This document shows, piece after piece, positions 8,464 through 16,037 of a DNA stretch of 64,000 bases. The first letter of the stretch is position 1. The number at the start of each line of letters is the position of its first letter. The notes under the pieces are model-generated. The model made no database searches. It had not been told where the DNA came from and saw only the letters and a program-made list of their open reading frames with translations. This DNA is from a virus (Duplodnaviria > Caudoviricetes), in the IMG/VR virus record IMGVR_UViG_3300036805_000167, positions 64,001 to 128,000 of that record; one strand, written 5' to 3'. A program made the position numbers and the translations under genes.

Positions 8464-8750
8464 GGACCGGCCGCGAAGCGCTGCGGCAACTCGCCGCCGA
8501 CCTTGAACGGCTCGCCGACGAAAACTTCGACGAACCCGACTCGGACACGACCCCGCGTGCCCGGCTTGGACGGGCCCAGCAGGAGACAGCGAAACGGATA
8601 AGGGTCGCGCTCGGCGCTGAGCACCTGAGTCCAGTGCGTAACCACCGACAGCCCGGAGGGGGCTACCGGGGCAGCCTCGACGGTGCCGAGATGCAACCCC
8701 CCGCCGACATCCCGACCGGCGCCGTGCGCGACACGGAGGACAGCCGATGA
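8460..8750 (+). CDS. Hypothetical protein
   Basis: GTGA coupling, GAGGA RBS. Confidence 0.5.
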   Translation: MRTGREALRQLAADLERLADENFDEPDSDTTPRARLGRAQQETAKRIRVALGAEHLSPVRNHRQPGGGYRGSLDGAEMQPPADIPTGAVRDTEDSR

Positions 8751-9013
8751 CCGACGACGACACCACCCCGGAGCAGCGCGACGCCGAACGCGCCCTCGAC
8801 GAAGCCATCCGCAACGCCCACTACGCGTTCGGTGGACGCGGCATGCCCGCAGGGTGGGTCGTGTGCTGCGGCGCCGTCGGCACCGACGACATCTCCGACT
8901 ACTCGTCGGTGAACCTCATGTTCCCACCCGGCGGCCTCCCCTGGCACCACGTCCTGGGGCTCCTCCGCGGCGGCACCCTTCGCTTCGAAGCTGACATGGA
9001 GTCCGATCTGTGA
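8747..9013 (+). CDS. Actinophage hypothetical protein
   Basis: PAGWVVC...LPWHHVLGLL; coupled. Confidence 0.6.
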   Translation: MTDDDTTPEQRDAERALDEAIRNAHYAFGGRGMPAGWVVCCGAVGTDDISDYSSVNLMFPPGGLPWHHVLGLLRGGTLRFEADMESDL

Positions 9014-9372
9014 CCCCGGGACACGACCACGACAACGACGGCGACCACGCCTCCTACAGCCCCGTTATGCCGTTCGTGGCCTGCACCTCGAAAGGCGGAC
9101 CGTACGACGACGACGCCTACGCCGCGGGCTGGCAACTCGGCAAGATCGACGAACAGCTCGAGCAAGCCGCTGACCGCCGCGAGTGGTCCCACATCGTCGC
9201 CACCGTCTTCACCACCAACGTCGAACAGGCCGACCTTGTCGCGATGTGCCACGGTTTCTCGTCGTCGGTGACCGAGACCCACGACGGCGGCTGGTCCGAC
9301 GTCATGTTCTCCCCACCCGTCGAATGGCGGCCCGACGACGAGGCTCCCTCGGCGAAAGTAGAGTCGCCTTAG
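9010..9372 (+). CDS. Actinophage hypothetical protein
   Basis: VMPFVACTSKGGPYDDDAYAAGW; coupled. Confidence 0.6.
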   Translation: MTPGHDHDNDGDHASYSPVMPFVACTSKGGPYDDDAYAAGWQLGKIDEQLEQAADRREWSHIVATVFTTNVEQADLVAMCHGFSSSVTETHDGGWSDVMFSPPVEWRPDDEAPSAKVESP

Positions 9373-9434
9373 ACCTCTCGCCATCAGGGCGAGAGAACCC
9401 CCAGGCGTAAGTCACTTCCCCTGCAGCCTGGGTC

Positions 9435-9473
9435 CGAAGCCCCCGATCCCCACCCCCGGGATCGGGGGCTTCG
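9435..9473. terminator. Stem-loop, 16-bp perfect stem
   Basis: cgaagcccccgatccc / gggatcgggggcttcg at operon end. Confidence 0.7.
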
Positions 9474-9508
9474 TCGTGCGCTGAACGGGTGGCGGAGTTG
9501 AGCCCTGC

Positions 9509-9544
9509 TTGCTCAGGTGTCTCGGAACTGAGACGATTGCGTAC
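9509..9544 (+). promoter_or_regulatory. Leaderless promoter TTGCTC-N17-GACGAT with GTCTC-N6-GAGAC operator (9519-9534)
   Basis: GTG start 7 nt downstream; heads transfer module 2. Confidence 0.45.
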
Positions 9545-9805
9545 GTGCCAGTGACTCGCGCGGAACTCGACGAGGCTCTCGCCTCGCTCCTTGCGGAAGG
9601 CGAGCGCACCGGCGACGTCTACGCCGACACCATCGCCGGGGTCAAGCGCGCCTTGGATCGCCGCAGGACGAACACCCGCGACGGTGGCGTGGCCATCGAG
9701 TGGCTGCGCGACCAAGGGCTGTCCTGGCGTCGGATCGAGACGATCACAGGCGTGGACAAAGAGACCGCGCGCCGCTGGGCGCTGCCGCCGCAGGGGGAGT
9801 CATGA
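9545..9805 (+). CDS. HTH regulator heading transfer module 2
   Basis: LRDQGLSWRRIETITGVDKETARRW HTH. Confidence 0.7.
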   Translation: MPVTRAELDEALASLLAEGERTGDVYADTIAGVKRALDRRRTNTRDGGVAIEWLRDQGLSWRRIETITGVDKETARRWALPPQGES

Positions 9806-9933
9806 CCAGGCCAGGTGATCCGTCCGAGCAGCGTCAGCGCTGGGCAGCCGAGAGCGAGCGCGTCCGCGCCGAGGTCCGCGAGTGGTGCGCTCGGCTTGAC
9901 GAGGCGCGCCGTCAGAAGGAGACGCAGCGATGA
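9802..9933 (+). CDS. Small hypothetical protein
   Basis: MTRPGDPSEQRQRW; ATGA-coupled on both sides. Confidence 0.45.
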   Translation: MTRPGDPSEQRQRWAAESERVRAEVREWCARLDEARRQKETQR

Positions 9934-10442
9934 AGCTGTTGATGGTGCTGCTCATCGCCGGCCTGGCCGTGGCGATGGTGAAGGCACACCCCGCGGCCCT
10001 GCTGGTCCTGGTGCCGATCGTGCTGCTGCTGTTCCGGACGCGCTCCAGGGCCACCTCCGGGGCGATGGTCGCGCACATCGCACCGGGCCACTACCCGGCC
10101 GAGACTGCCCGTCACGAAGCTGGTCACGTCGTCGCCGCTCATCGAATCGGCGGACGAGTCACCTCGGCAGTGGTCAATCGCGATGGCTCGGGCTACGTGC
10201 GCGTGTCCGGCATGGCGTCCGCTGCTAAGCGCATCGGGTTCCTCCGAGCCGGTGAGTACGCGATCCACTCCGGCCGGGGCGCCTCCGCTGATCGGGCGGC
10301 TGTACGCGCGATCCTGCGCGAGGTCCCCAAAGCGGACCGCGCCCAAGTGTTGCGCGAGGGCGAGCGCATCGGGCGCTCGGCCGCCCGCAGCTCGAAGGTG
10401 TCGGGTGTCGCGTCGAAACTGGCGCGCGACGGGAGGCTCTGA
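9930..10442 (+). CDS. Membrane-anchored HEXXH metallopeptidase, copy 2
   Basis: Nearly identical to 118-630; AAGGAG RBS. Confidence 0.7.
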   Translation: MKLLMVLLIAGLAVAMVKAHPAALLVLVPIVLLLFRTRSRATSGAMVAHIAPGHYPAETARHEAGHVVAAHRIGGRVTSAVVNRDGSGYVRVSGMASAAKRIGFLRAGEYAIHSGRGASADRAAVRAILREVPKADRAQVLREGERIGRSAARSSKVSGVASKLARDGRL

Positions 10443-11053
10443 TGACCTGGGCCCGCGGAAGCCTCATCGTCCTGCTCGCCGCCATCGCCGCCGGCGCGCT
10501 GACCCTCTCGGCGTCGAGCACGCTGCAGCTCGCGAGCCGCTCCGGCGTGCACAACGTCCAGTTCTCGTCGATCGCCGTGCTCGAGCTGGCCGCCATCGTC
10601 GGCACCGTGATGTGGCTGCGTGCGTCGCACTGGCGCAGTCGCGTCGAGGCCGCCCTGTTGGTCGTCGGCGCCTCGGCGGTCACCGCGGTCGGCGGCCTCG
10701 GCGCCTACGGGCTGTTCGGACTGGTCGGGCCGGCGTTCCTGGTCGCGTCAGTGCACGTCGCCTCTCGAGAGTGGCGCGCCGAGCCATCCGTGGAAACTGA
10801 CACGCCTGACGAGCTGATGTCAGTCAACGAGCCGAAGGCTGACACGCCTACCGAGCCCTGGGGCGCGCCGGAGACGGTGCCCAGCATCGAGCACCGTGCG
10901 CCGAAGCTGCACGCCGTCGACGACCTGTCCAAGTTGACGTTGCCGCAGCTGCGTGACCTGGCCCGCGCCGAAGGCGCGAGGGTCCGTGGCTCCAAGGCTG
11001 AGGTGGCCGCCGGCATCCGCGCCAACCGGACCGAGCAGGAGGCCAGCGCATGA
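10442..11053 (+). CDS. Spd/DUF2637-like multi-TM protein with SAP/Rho-N-like C-terminus, copy 2
   Basis: N-terminal ~115 aa almost identical to 630-1259; DLSKLTLPQLRDLARAEG...GSKAEV. Confidence 0.6.
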   Translation: MTWARGSLIVLLAAIAAGALTLSASSTLQLASRSGVHNVQFSSIAVLELAAIVGTVMWLRASHWRSRVEAALLVVGASAVTAVGGLGAYGLFGLVGPAFLVASVHVASREWRAEPSVETDTPDELMSVNEPKADTPTEPWGAPETVPSIEHRAPKLHAVDDLSKLTLPQLRDLARAEGARVRGSKAEVAAGIRANRTEQEASA

Positions 11054-11433
11054 GCCGCTGCACCGATCACTGCCCAGCGCCCGGTCGGGGCAGTTGGTGG
11101 CTGTTCGTCGTCGTCTCCACCGTGGTGTTCTCGACCGTCGCCACACTCGTGGTCCGTGGTGCCACTGCCGCGGACGGTGCCGCCGACGCGGTTTTCCAGT
11201 GGCTGCTGATCGCCGCCGGACTGGCGGTCGCCACAGCCGGTGCCGGAGCTATCGCCTGGGGCGTCACCGACACGGTCCGCTCCCGGACGGCGGTCGCCCG
11301 GTTCCAGGTCCACAACGCCACCCTCGGCGCGCGGGCGCTGACGGCGCGGAAGGCTCCGACGGCGCTGCCCGAGGCTCCGGTGTACCGCGCGGACGCCGTG
11401 CGCGTCGCCGAGACCGAGCGCGAGCTGAGCTGA
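11050..11433 (+). CDS. Two-TM membrane protein
   Basis: Positional counterpart of 1256-1714; coupled. Confidence 0.55.
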   Translation: MSRCTDHCPAPGRGSWWLFVVVSTVVFSTVATLVVRGATAADGAADAVFQWLLIAAGLAVATAGAGAIAWGVTDTVRSRTAVARFQVHNATLGARALTARKAPTALPEAPVYRADAVRVAETERELS

Positions 11434-11436
11434 CCC

Positions 11437-11985
11437 GTGCCTCGCGTCGAGCAACGACGTGCTTCCGAGGAGTTCGGGGGCAAGCGCAAGCGCCGTACCC
11501 CCGGCCGTCGAGAGACGTCGTGGCAGCGCACGTCGCGGCGTGCGGGCAACGTGTTCCGCTACGGCCGCAAGGTGCACCGGCGTCACCGCGGCAAGACCGG
11601 GGCTGTGCTGTTCCTGGTGTCCTGCGCCGGCATCGCCGCGTCGATGGTTGCGTTCCAGGGCGCCGTGCAGCTCGTGACGATCGGGGCGTGCGGCGCGGGC
11701 ATGGTCGGCGGTTACGTGCTGGACCGGCGTGCGCACGCCAAGAGCGCACAGTCGACACGGCGGGTGTCGTTCGCCGACCGACGCCGTTACGCCACGAACC
11801 GTGCTGCTGGGCGTGCGTTCGATGACGACGACCCGTCGAGCACGCGTGTGCGGGTGCGGTCGCACACCCGTGACGGTGACGGCGTCGGCACGCACACCCG
11901 CGCACGCCCCGGCGCGCACGGCACAGCTGCGAAGCGTGCTGATCGGTGGGGTACCGAGGTCGACGACGAAGGGGGCACGGCGTGA
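11437..11985 (+). CDS. Basic membrane protein
   Basis: Arg-rich with two TM helices; VRVRSHTRDG..V..HTR motif. Confidence 0.5.
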   Translation: MPRVEQRRASEEFGGKRKRRTPGRRETSWQRTSRRAGNVFRYGRKVHRRHRGKTGAVLFLVSCAGIAASMVAFQGAVQLVTIGACGAGMVGGYVLDRRAHAKSAQSTRRVSFADRRRYATNRAAGRAFDDDDPSSTRVRVRSHTRDGDGVGTHTRARPGAHGTAAKRADRWGTEVDDEGGTA

Positions 11986-14900
11986 CCGTCACCGACGACC
12001 CGAGTACCGCTGTCGCCCGCCGGCCGGTCGGTGAGCTGGTGCTGTACGGACCCCTGGACGCCGCCGACACGCTGGTCTACGGCGCGCAGTCGGTGGTGGT
12101 GGGTGCGCTGGCGTTCATCTACCAGGACTGGTTGCCGTGGGTCCGCGACGACGCCCACACCGAGCGGCTCGACAAGGCCGACCGGATCGCCGGGGCCGCC
12201 GGGGGGCGGTTGTCGCTGCGGGAGCGTGAGGCGTGGCGGGAGCGCCGGGACCGGCGGATGCGTCGCACCTGGCAGGCCGTGTCGCTGTGCGTGCTGCTGG
12301 CCGTGGCGACGTGCGTGTCGGGGTTCGCGCCGTGGCCGTCGATCGGGTACGGGCTGGCCGTGACGGCCGTGATGGTCGTGCTCGCGCTGGTGGTCGACTC
12401 GAAAGAGGCGTCACGGTGGCTGCTGCGGCTGTGCGTGCTGCCGTGCGTGTGCTCCGTGCCGTTCGGTATCACGACGTGGCGGTGGTGGCCCGCGGCCGTG
12501 CTGTGCGTGCTGGCCGTGGCGGTGTGCGTGTGGCGTGGCCTGAACGTCACGCCACCGGCACGCCGTGACGGTGGCGGCCCGAAGCTGACCCGCCGGGACT
12601 GGGCGACGTTGTGGGCCTCGGCGTCGGGCGTGCTCGCCGAGCGTGGCAAAGAGCTGGAGCGCACCGGTGACGCACACCCGATCAGCGCGGACGGCACAGA
12701 GCTCGGTGCCGGGTTCGGAGCTCGATGCGCCGACCCCGTGAGCCCGGACGACGTGCGTGCCCTGGAGCGCAATCTCGGGTTCCCGGTGGGCTCCTCGGCG
12801 TGGGTGCCGAACCCGAAGGCCGCGGGCACCGGGGAGCTGCGGCTGCTCTGGGCCGACCCGCTGCCGCCGAAGGCGATGCCGCGCCGGGAGCCGATGTCGC
12901 TGTCCTACACCCGGCCGTTCGAGGTGGCCCGACGCACCGGGGGCCGCGTGACGTCACTGAGCCTGAATCGGACACGCATGCTTTTTGCGGGCAATTCGGG
13001 GTGTATTGCGCCATGGACGCGCATCTACCTCCCCGACCGCGACGAGCACGTTCGTGTCGATGATCTCGCCGCAGCCGGAGAGGCAGTCACAGTCCAGGCA
13101 TGGGATCCGTCTCGTGGCTGGGTTCGGGCTCAGACTCACGGGCCCCCGTACGTAAAAGGGACCGCGGCTTTGTATGAGGTGCGGTGCTCGGACGGGGCCA
13201 CCATGACAGTGACGGGTCAGCACCGGTTCCTGACCCCGACAGGATGGCGTCGACTCGACTCGTTGCGCGCTGGACAGCTTCTCGCCGCACCTGCTCGCGC
13301 CGGTGGGCAGGGAGCTTCGGGATACCCGTCAGGGTCGTGCGTAGGTGCTCCGCGTTCGACGGGAACAGGCGCAGGTTGTCCGGGTGGTTGTTCGATGTGT
13401 CGCCGTCACGATGGTCGATCACCTCGTCCGGCGTCAGGTATCGGCCGAGCCGGTCTTCCATCACGACGCGGTGGACGGACACGTGGCCGTCCCATCGTTT
13501 CGCCTGAGGATGCTCCGGCATCCGCACGCTCACGTAGCCGTGCTTGTCGACGTGATAGCCCCGTAGCTGGGTGTTCCGTGACAGGGGCACAGCCTGGTTG
13601 CGGATCGGCACGCCCTGTTCCGGAAGCTGTCGGTACAGCCACTTCCACCCCACGCCCAGCTCTCCTGCGATGGGGCGGAGCCCCCAGCCCTGCTGGTACA
13701 GCTCGACGGCTCGCACGAGGGTGGTGGGGTCCAGCATCCGTGCAGTCTCTGCTGGTGTCTTCCCGTTCGTTTTTCTCACTGGCCACCCCAGCTTGGCGAA
13801 CTGCTGACTCACGGCCGTCTGAGTCACTCCGCAGCGCCTCGCAACTTCCGTGCAGGGCAACAACTCCTCAGTGTGCAGGCGGTACGCATCTCTTACTGAC
13901 ATCGACCACGTCGTTTCCTTCGGCACCACTTGATGGTACCAGGTGGCTCCGGATAGAGAGCGTTACACCTGCTGGTAAAGGTGTGTATTACGACCTGACG
14001 GTGCCTGGTCCTGAGTGCTACGTGGCCGAGGGGCTGCTAAACCACAACAGTGGGAAGTCGCAGGCGCTGCAGGATGTGCTGGACGCGGTGTGCGACATGC
14101 CCGACGCGACGTGGTCGGCGATCGACCGCCAGGAGGGCCCGACGTTCAAGGCGTATCGCAATCAGTGGAACCGCACCGGCACCTTCCACGAGAGCGACGA
14201 CGCGCTAGGTGAGATCAAGCGGCTCCGGGCGCTGTGCAAGCAGCGCAACCGCCGTCTCGACGAGGGCATGGATGCCGACCTGGACGGCGAGGTCGACCAG
14301 TGGTGGATCGTCGACGAATCCGGCGAGACCCCGGACCGCCGCGGGCACGTGCTGTTCATCGATGAGCTGTCCTCGGCGACCACCGATAAGGAGTTCGCCG
14401 AGAACCTGACCCTGCTGCTCGAGGTGTGCCGCAAGTCGAGCGTGTCGGTGGTGATGGCCAGCCCCGACCTGGATACCAACCGCGTGCCGCGGGCGGTGCT
14501 CGACCAGGTCAACGTCACGGTCGGGTTCGCCTGCCCGTTCTCGGATGCGGTGCAGATGTTCGGCAAGGGCTCGACGCAGTCTGGCTGGGAGCCGTACTCG
14601 CTGGTCACGGCCACTGACGACGAGCCCAACGACGCCGGCAAGGCGTTTATCCGCGGCGGCGGCTACAACCTGCCCGAGCTGCACCGCTTCGGCGCGATGG
14701 ACCGCGAGGAGATCGTGGCGCGCAACCGCGCGCGGCGGCTGTGGCGCGAGCGGATGGGGATGAGCGCTGACGTCACGCCGGACGACGTCGAAGACGCCGA
14801 GATCGTCAGCGACGAAGAGATGGCGATCCGCGCGGCGCTGGAACTCTGCGGCGACCGCGCCGGACTTCCGGTCGCCGAGGCGAAGAAGTCCCTGACTGAC

Positions 14901-15029
14901 GCACAGATCGCGTCGGTGCGGTCGGTGGCCCCGTCCCGCCCGACGCACGACCCCGGCGCGCGTCAGTCAGTCCGCGCGTACCGGCGGGAAGACCTGGTCA
15001 GCGCGTTGGAGGCGTTCGACGAGGCCTGA
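11982..15029 (+). CDS. TraB/FtsK-like DNA translocase, copy 2, containing an intein in Walker A
   Basis: GTG11982 with GAAGGGGG RBS; N-terminal TMs; AGNSG|intein|SGKS; Walker B HVLFIDE; C-terminal RAYRREDL. Confidence 0.8.
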   Translation: MTVTDDPSTAVARRPVGELVLYGPLDAADTLVYGAQSVVVGALAFIYQDWLPWVRDDAHTERLDKADRIAGAAGGRLSLREREAWRERRDRRMRRTWQAVSLCVLLAVATCVSGFAPWPSIGYGLAVTAVMVVLALVVDSKEASRWLLRLCVLPCVCSVPFGITTWRWWPAAVLCVLAVAVCVWRGLNVTPPARRDGGGPKLTRRDWATLWASASGVLAERGKELERTGDAHPISADGTELGAGFGARCADPVSPDDVRALERNLGFPVGSSAWVPNPKAAGTGELRLLWADPLPPKAMPRREPMSLSYTRPFEVARRTGGRVTSLSLNRTRMLFAGNSGCIAPWTRIYLPDRDEHVRVDDLAAAGEAVTVQAWDPSRGWVRAQTHGPPYVKGTAALYEVRCSDGATMTVTGQHRFLTPTGWRRLDSLRAGQLLAAPARAGGQGASGYPSGSCVGAPRSTGTGAGCPGGCSMCRRHDGRSPRPASGIGRAGLPSRRGGRTRGRPIVSPEDAPASARSRSRACRRDSPVAGCSVTGAQPGCGSARPVPEAVGTATSTPRPALLRWGGAPSPAGTARRLARGWWGPASVQSLLVSSRSFFSLATPAWRTADSRPSESLRSASQLPCRATTPQCAGGTHLLLTSTTSFPSAPLDGTRWLRIESVTPAGKGVYYDLTVPGPECYVAEGLLNHNSGKSQALQDVLDAVCDMPDATWSAIDRQEGPTFKAYRNQWNRTGTFHESDDALGEIKRLRALCKQRNRRLDEGMDADLDGEVDQWWIVDESGETPDRRGHVLFIDELSSATTDKEFAENLTLLLEVCRKSSVSVVMASPDLDTNRVPRAVLDQVNVTVGFACPFSDAVQMFGKGSTQSGWEPYSLVTATDDEPNDAGKAFIRGGGYNLPELHRFGAMDREEIVARNRARRLWRERMGMSADVTPDDVEDAEIVSDEEMAIRAALELCGDRAGLPVAEAKKSLTDAQIASVRSVAPSRPTHDPGARQSVRAYRREDLVSALEAFDEA
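13002..14048 (+). mobile_element. Intein (349 aa), Cys1...His-Asn/Ser+1, no in-frame endonuclease
   Basis: Block A CIAPWTRIYL, block B TVTGQHRFLT, block F/G VYYDLTVPGPECYVAEGLLNHN then S; excision restores GNSGSGKS. Confidence 0.93.
13087..13902 (-). CDS. HTH + HNH homing endonuclease nested antisense within the intein
   Basis: VHRVVMEDRLGRYLTPDEVIDHRDGDTSNNHPDNL HNH motif, KHGYVSV, two N-terminal HTH-like segments; GAAGGA RBS upstream of ATG13902. Confidence 0.88.
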   Translation of the reverse strand: MSVRDAYRLHTEELLPCTEVARRCGVTQTAVSQQFAKLGWPVRKTNGKTPAETARMLDPTTLVRAVELYQQGWGLRPIAGELGVGWKWLYRQLPEQGVPIRNQAVPLSRNTQLRGYHVDKHGYVSVRMPEHPQAKRWDGHVSVHRVVMEDRLGRYLTPDEVIDHRDGDTSNNHPDNLRLFPSNAEHLRTTLTGIPKLPAHRREQVRREAVQRATSRVDAILSGSGTGADPSLSWWPRPSTAPHTKPRSLLRTGARESEPEPSHETDPMPGL

Positions 15030-15061
15030 CGATCTGACGCGGCCTGACGTTCGACCTGACG
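15026..15061 (+). repeat. Four CTGACG direct repeats immediately after traB-2 (clt-like candidate)
   Basis: CTGACG at 15026, 15034, 15044 and 15056. Confidence 0.5.
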
Positions 15062-15074
15062 AGGAGATGACACG

Positions 15075-15269
15075 GTGACCGAGCCATCGGGGTACGACAC
15101 GCCGACCGAGGACGACGTCTCGGAAGCGTTCGAGGACGGCTTCCGCGAGGGCATGCAGGCGGCTCGTTGCGGTGATGGCTGCCAGCACCACCGCACATGT
15201 CCGCAGAGCGACGAGTACCGGCTACCGCTGCGGGACAAGCTCAAGTCGCTGTTCGGGGGGCAGCAGTGA
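15075..15269 (+). CDS. Hypothetical protein
   Basis: GAGGAG RBS; CGDGC..H..C. Confidence 0.5.
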   Translation: MTEPSGYDTPTEDDVSEAFEDGFREGMQAARCGDGCQHHRTCPQSDEYRLPLRDKLKSLFGGQQ

Positions 15270-15751
15270 GCCACTCGACGGTGGTTGTGGTCGTCACGGT
15301 GCTGGTCGTCATGCTGGCGCTGTTCGGCTACGGCTTCTACCGCGGCGCCCGCTACGGCGGCAAGCTGTCCGGTGCTGCGCCGCGGCCCTCGCGAGCTCCG
15401 CACCCGGACGGCAAGGGCTGGGACCCGACCGCGGTGTACGTCTACCTCGACGCCGACCAGGCGGTGCTCTACGCCGGCATCTCGTCGGCGCCGCAGATCA
15501 GGGCTCGACAGCACTGGGACGCTCCCGATGAGGTTGAGCTGTGCTCGCAGGTGGCGAACATCCGCGCGCACTGGTTCCCGGACCGCTACGCCGCGCTCTG
15601 TGTGGAATGGGCGCTGATCCACTACTTCGACCCGCCGTACAACAAGGCGCGTAGCGGCAGCTGCGACGCGTGGACCCAGCCGCGCCCGCCGATCGTGCCG
15701 GTGACGGTGAAGATCCCTCGTCGACGGGCGCTGGCGCGCTCCTTGCGCTAG
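15266..15751 (+). CDS. GIY-YIG nuclease with N-terminal TM anchor
   Basis: AVYVYLD...VLYAGIS..PQIRARQH...AALCVEWALI...PPYN; N-terminal VVVVVTVLVVMLALFGY. Confidence 0.7.
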   Translation: MSHSTVVVVVTVLVVMLALFGYGFYRGARYGGKLSGAAPRPSRAPHPDGKGWDPTAVYVYLDADQAVLYAGISSAPQIRARQHWDAPDEVELCSQVANIRAHWFPDRYAALCVEWALIHYFDPPYNKARSGSCDAWTQPRPPIVPVTVKIPRRRALARSLR

Positions 15752-15778
15752 GGCACTCTGAGGCATAGAGTGAGAGTC
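15743..15778 (+). promoter_or_regulatory. Leaderless promoter TTGCGC-N17-TAGAGT-N7-ATG with GCGCTAGGGC site
   Basis: Member of the repeated promoter family. Confidence 0.65.
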
Positions 15779-15952
15779 ATGACCACGGACACGCTCCTCA
15801 CGCTCGAGGAGGCCGCCACTCAGCTCGGTGTGGAACCGGAAGCCGTCAAGGCTCGGCTGCGGCCTGTCGGTTCGTTCACCGAGCCGCCCCGACACACCGT
15901 GGCGCTGTACTCGGCCAACGACGTCGCGCGGATGGCGCGGAAGCCACGATGA
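15779..15952 (+). CDS. Small HTH/excisionase-like protein (paralog of 4771-4953)
   Basis: MTTDTLLTLEEAATQLGVEPEAVKARL...VALYSANDVARMAR. Confidence 0.65.
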   Translation: MTTDTLLTLEEAATQLGVEPEAVKARLRPVGSFTEPPRHTVALYSANDVARMARKPR

Positions 15953-16037
15953 GCCGCTTGGCCGAACTTCGACGACCCACCGTAACCAACCTTTAAGCCG
16001 GTTCGATTATCAGCAAGACGCTTTTCCCATCTGACCC

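Noticed and set aside
118-10785. attL/attR or IS terminal repeats
   Set aside because: The repeat is ~860 bp of coding sequence; no integrase or transposase is present.
13290-13930. Degenerate in-frame LAGLIDADG domain in the intein
   Set aside because: No such motif; the composition is explained by the antisense HNH gene.
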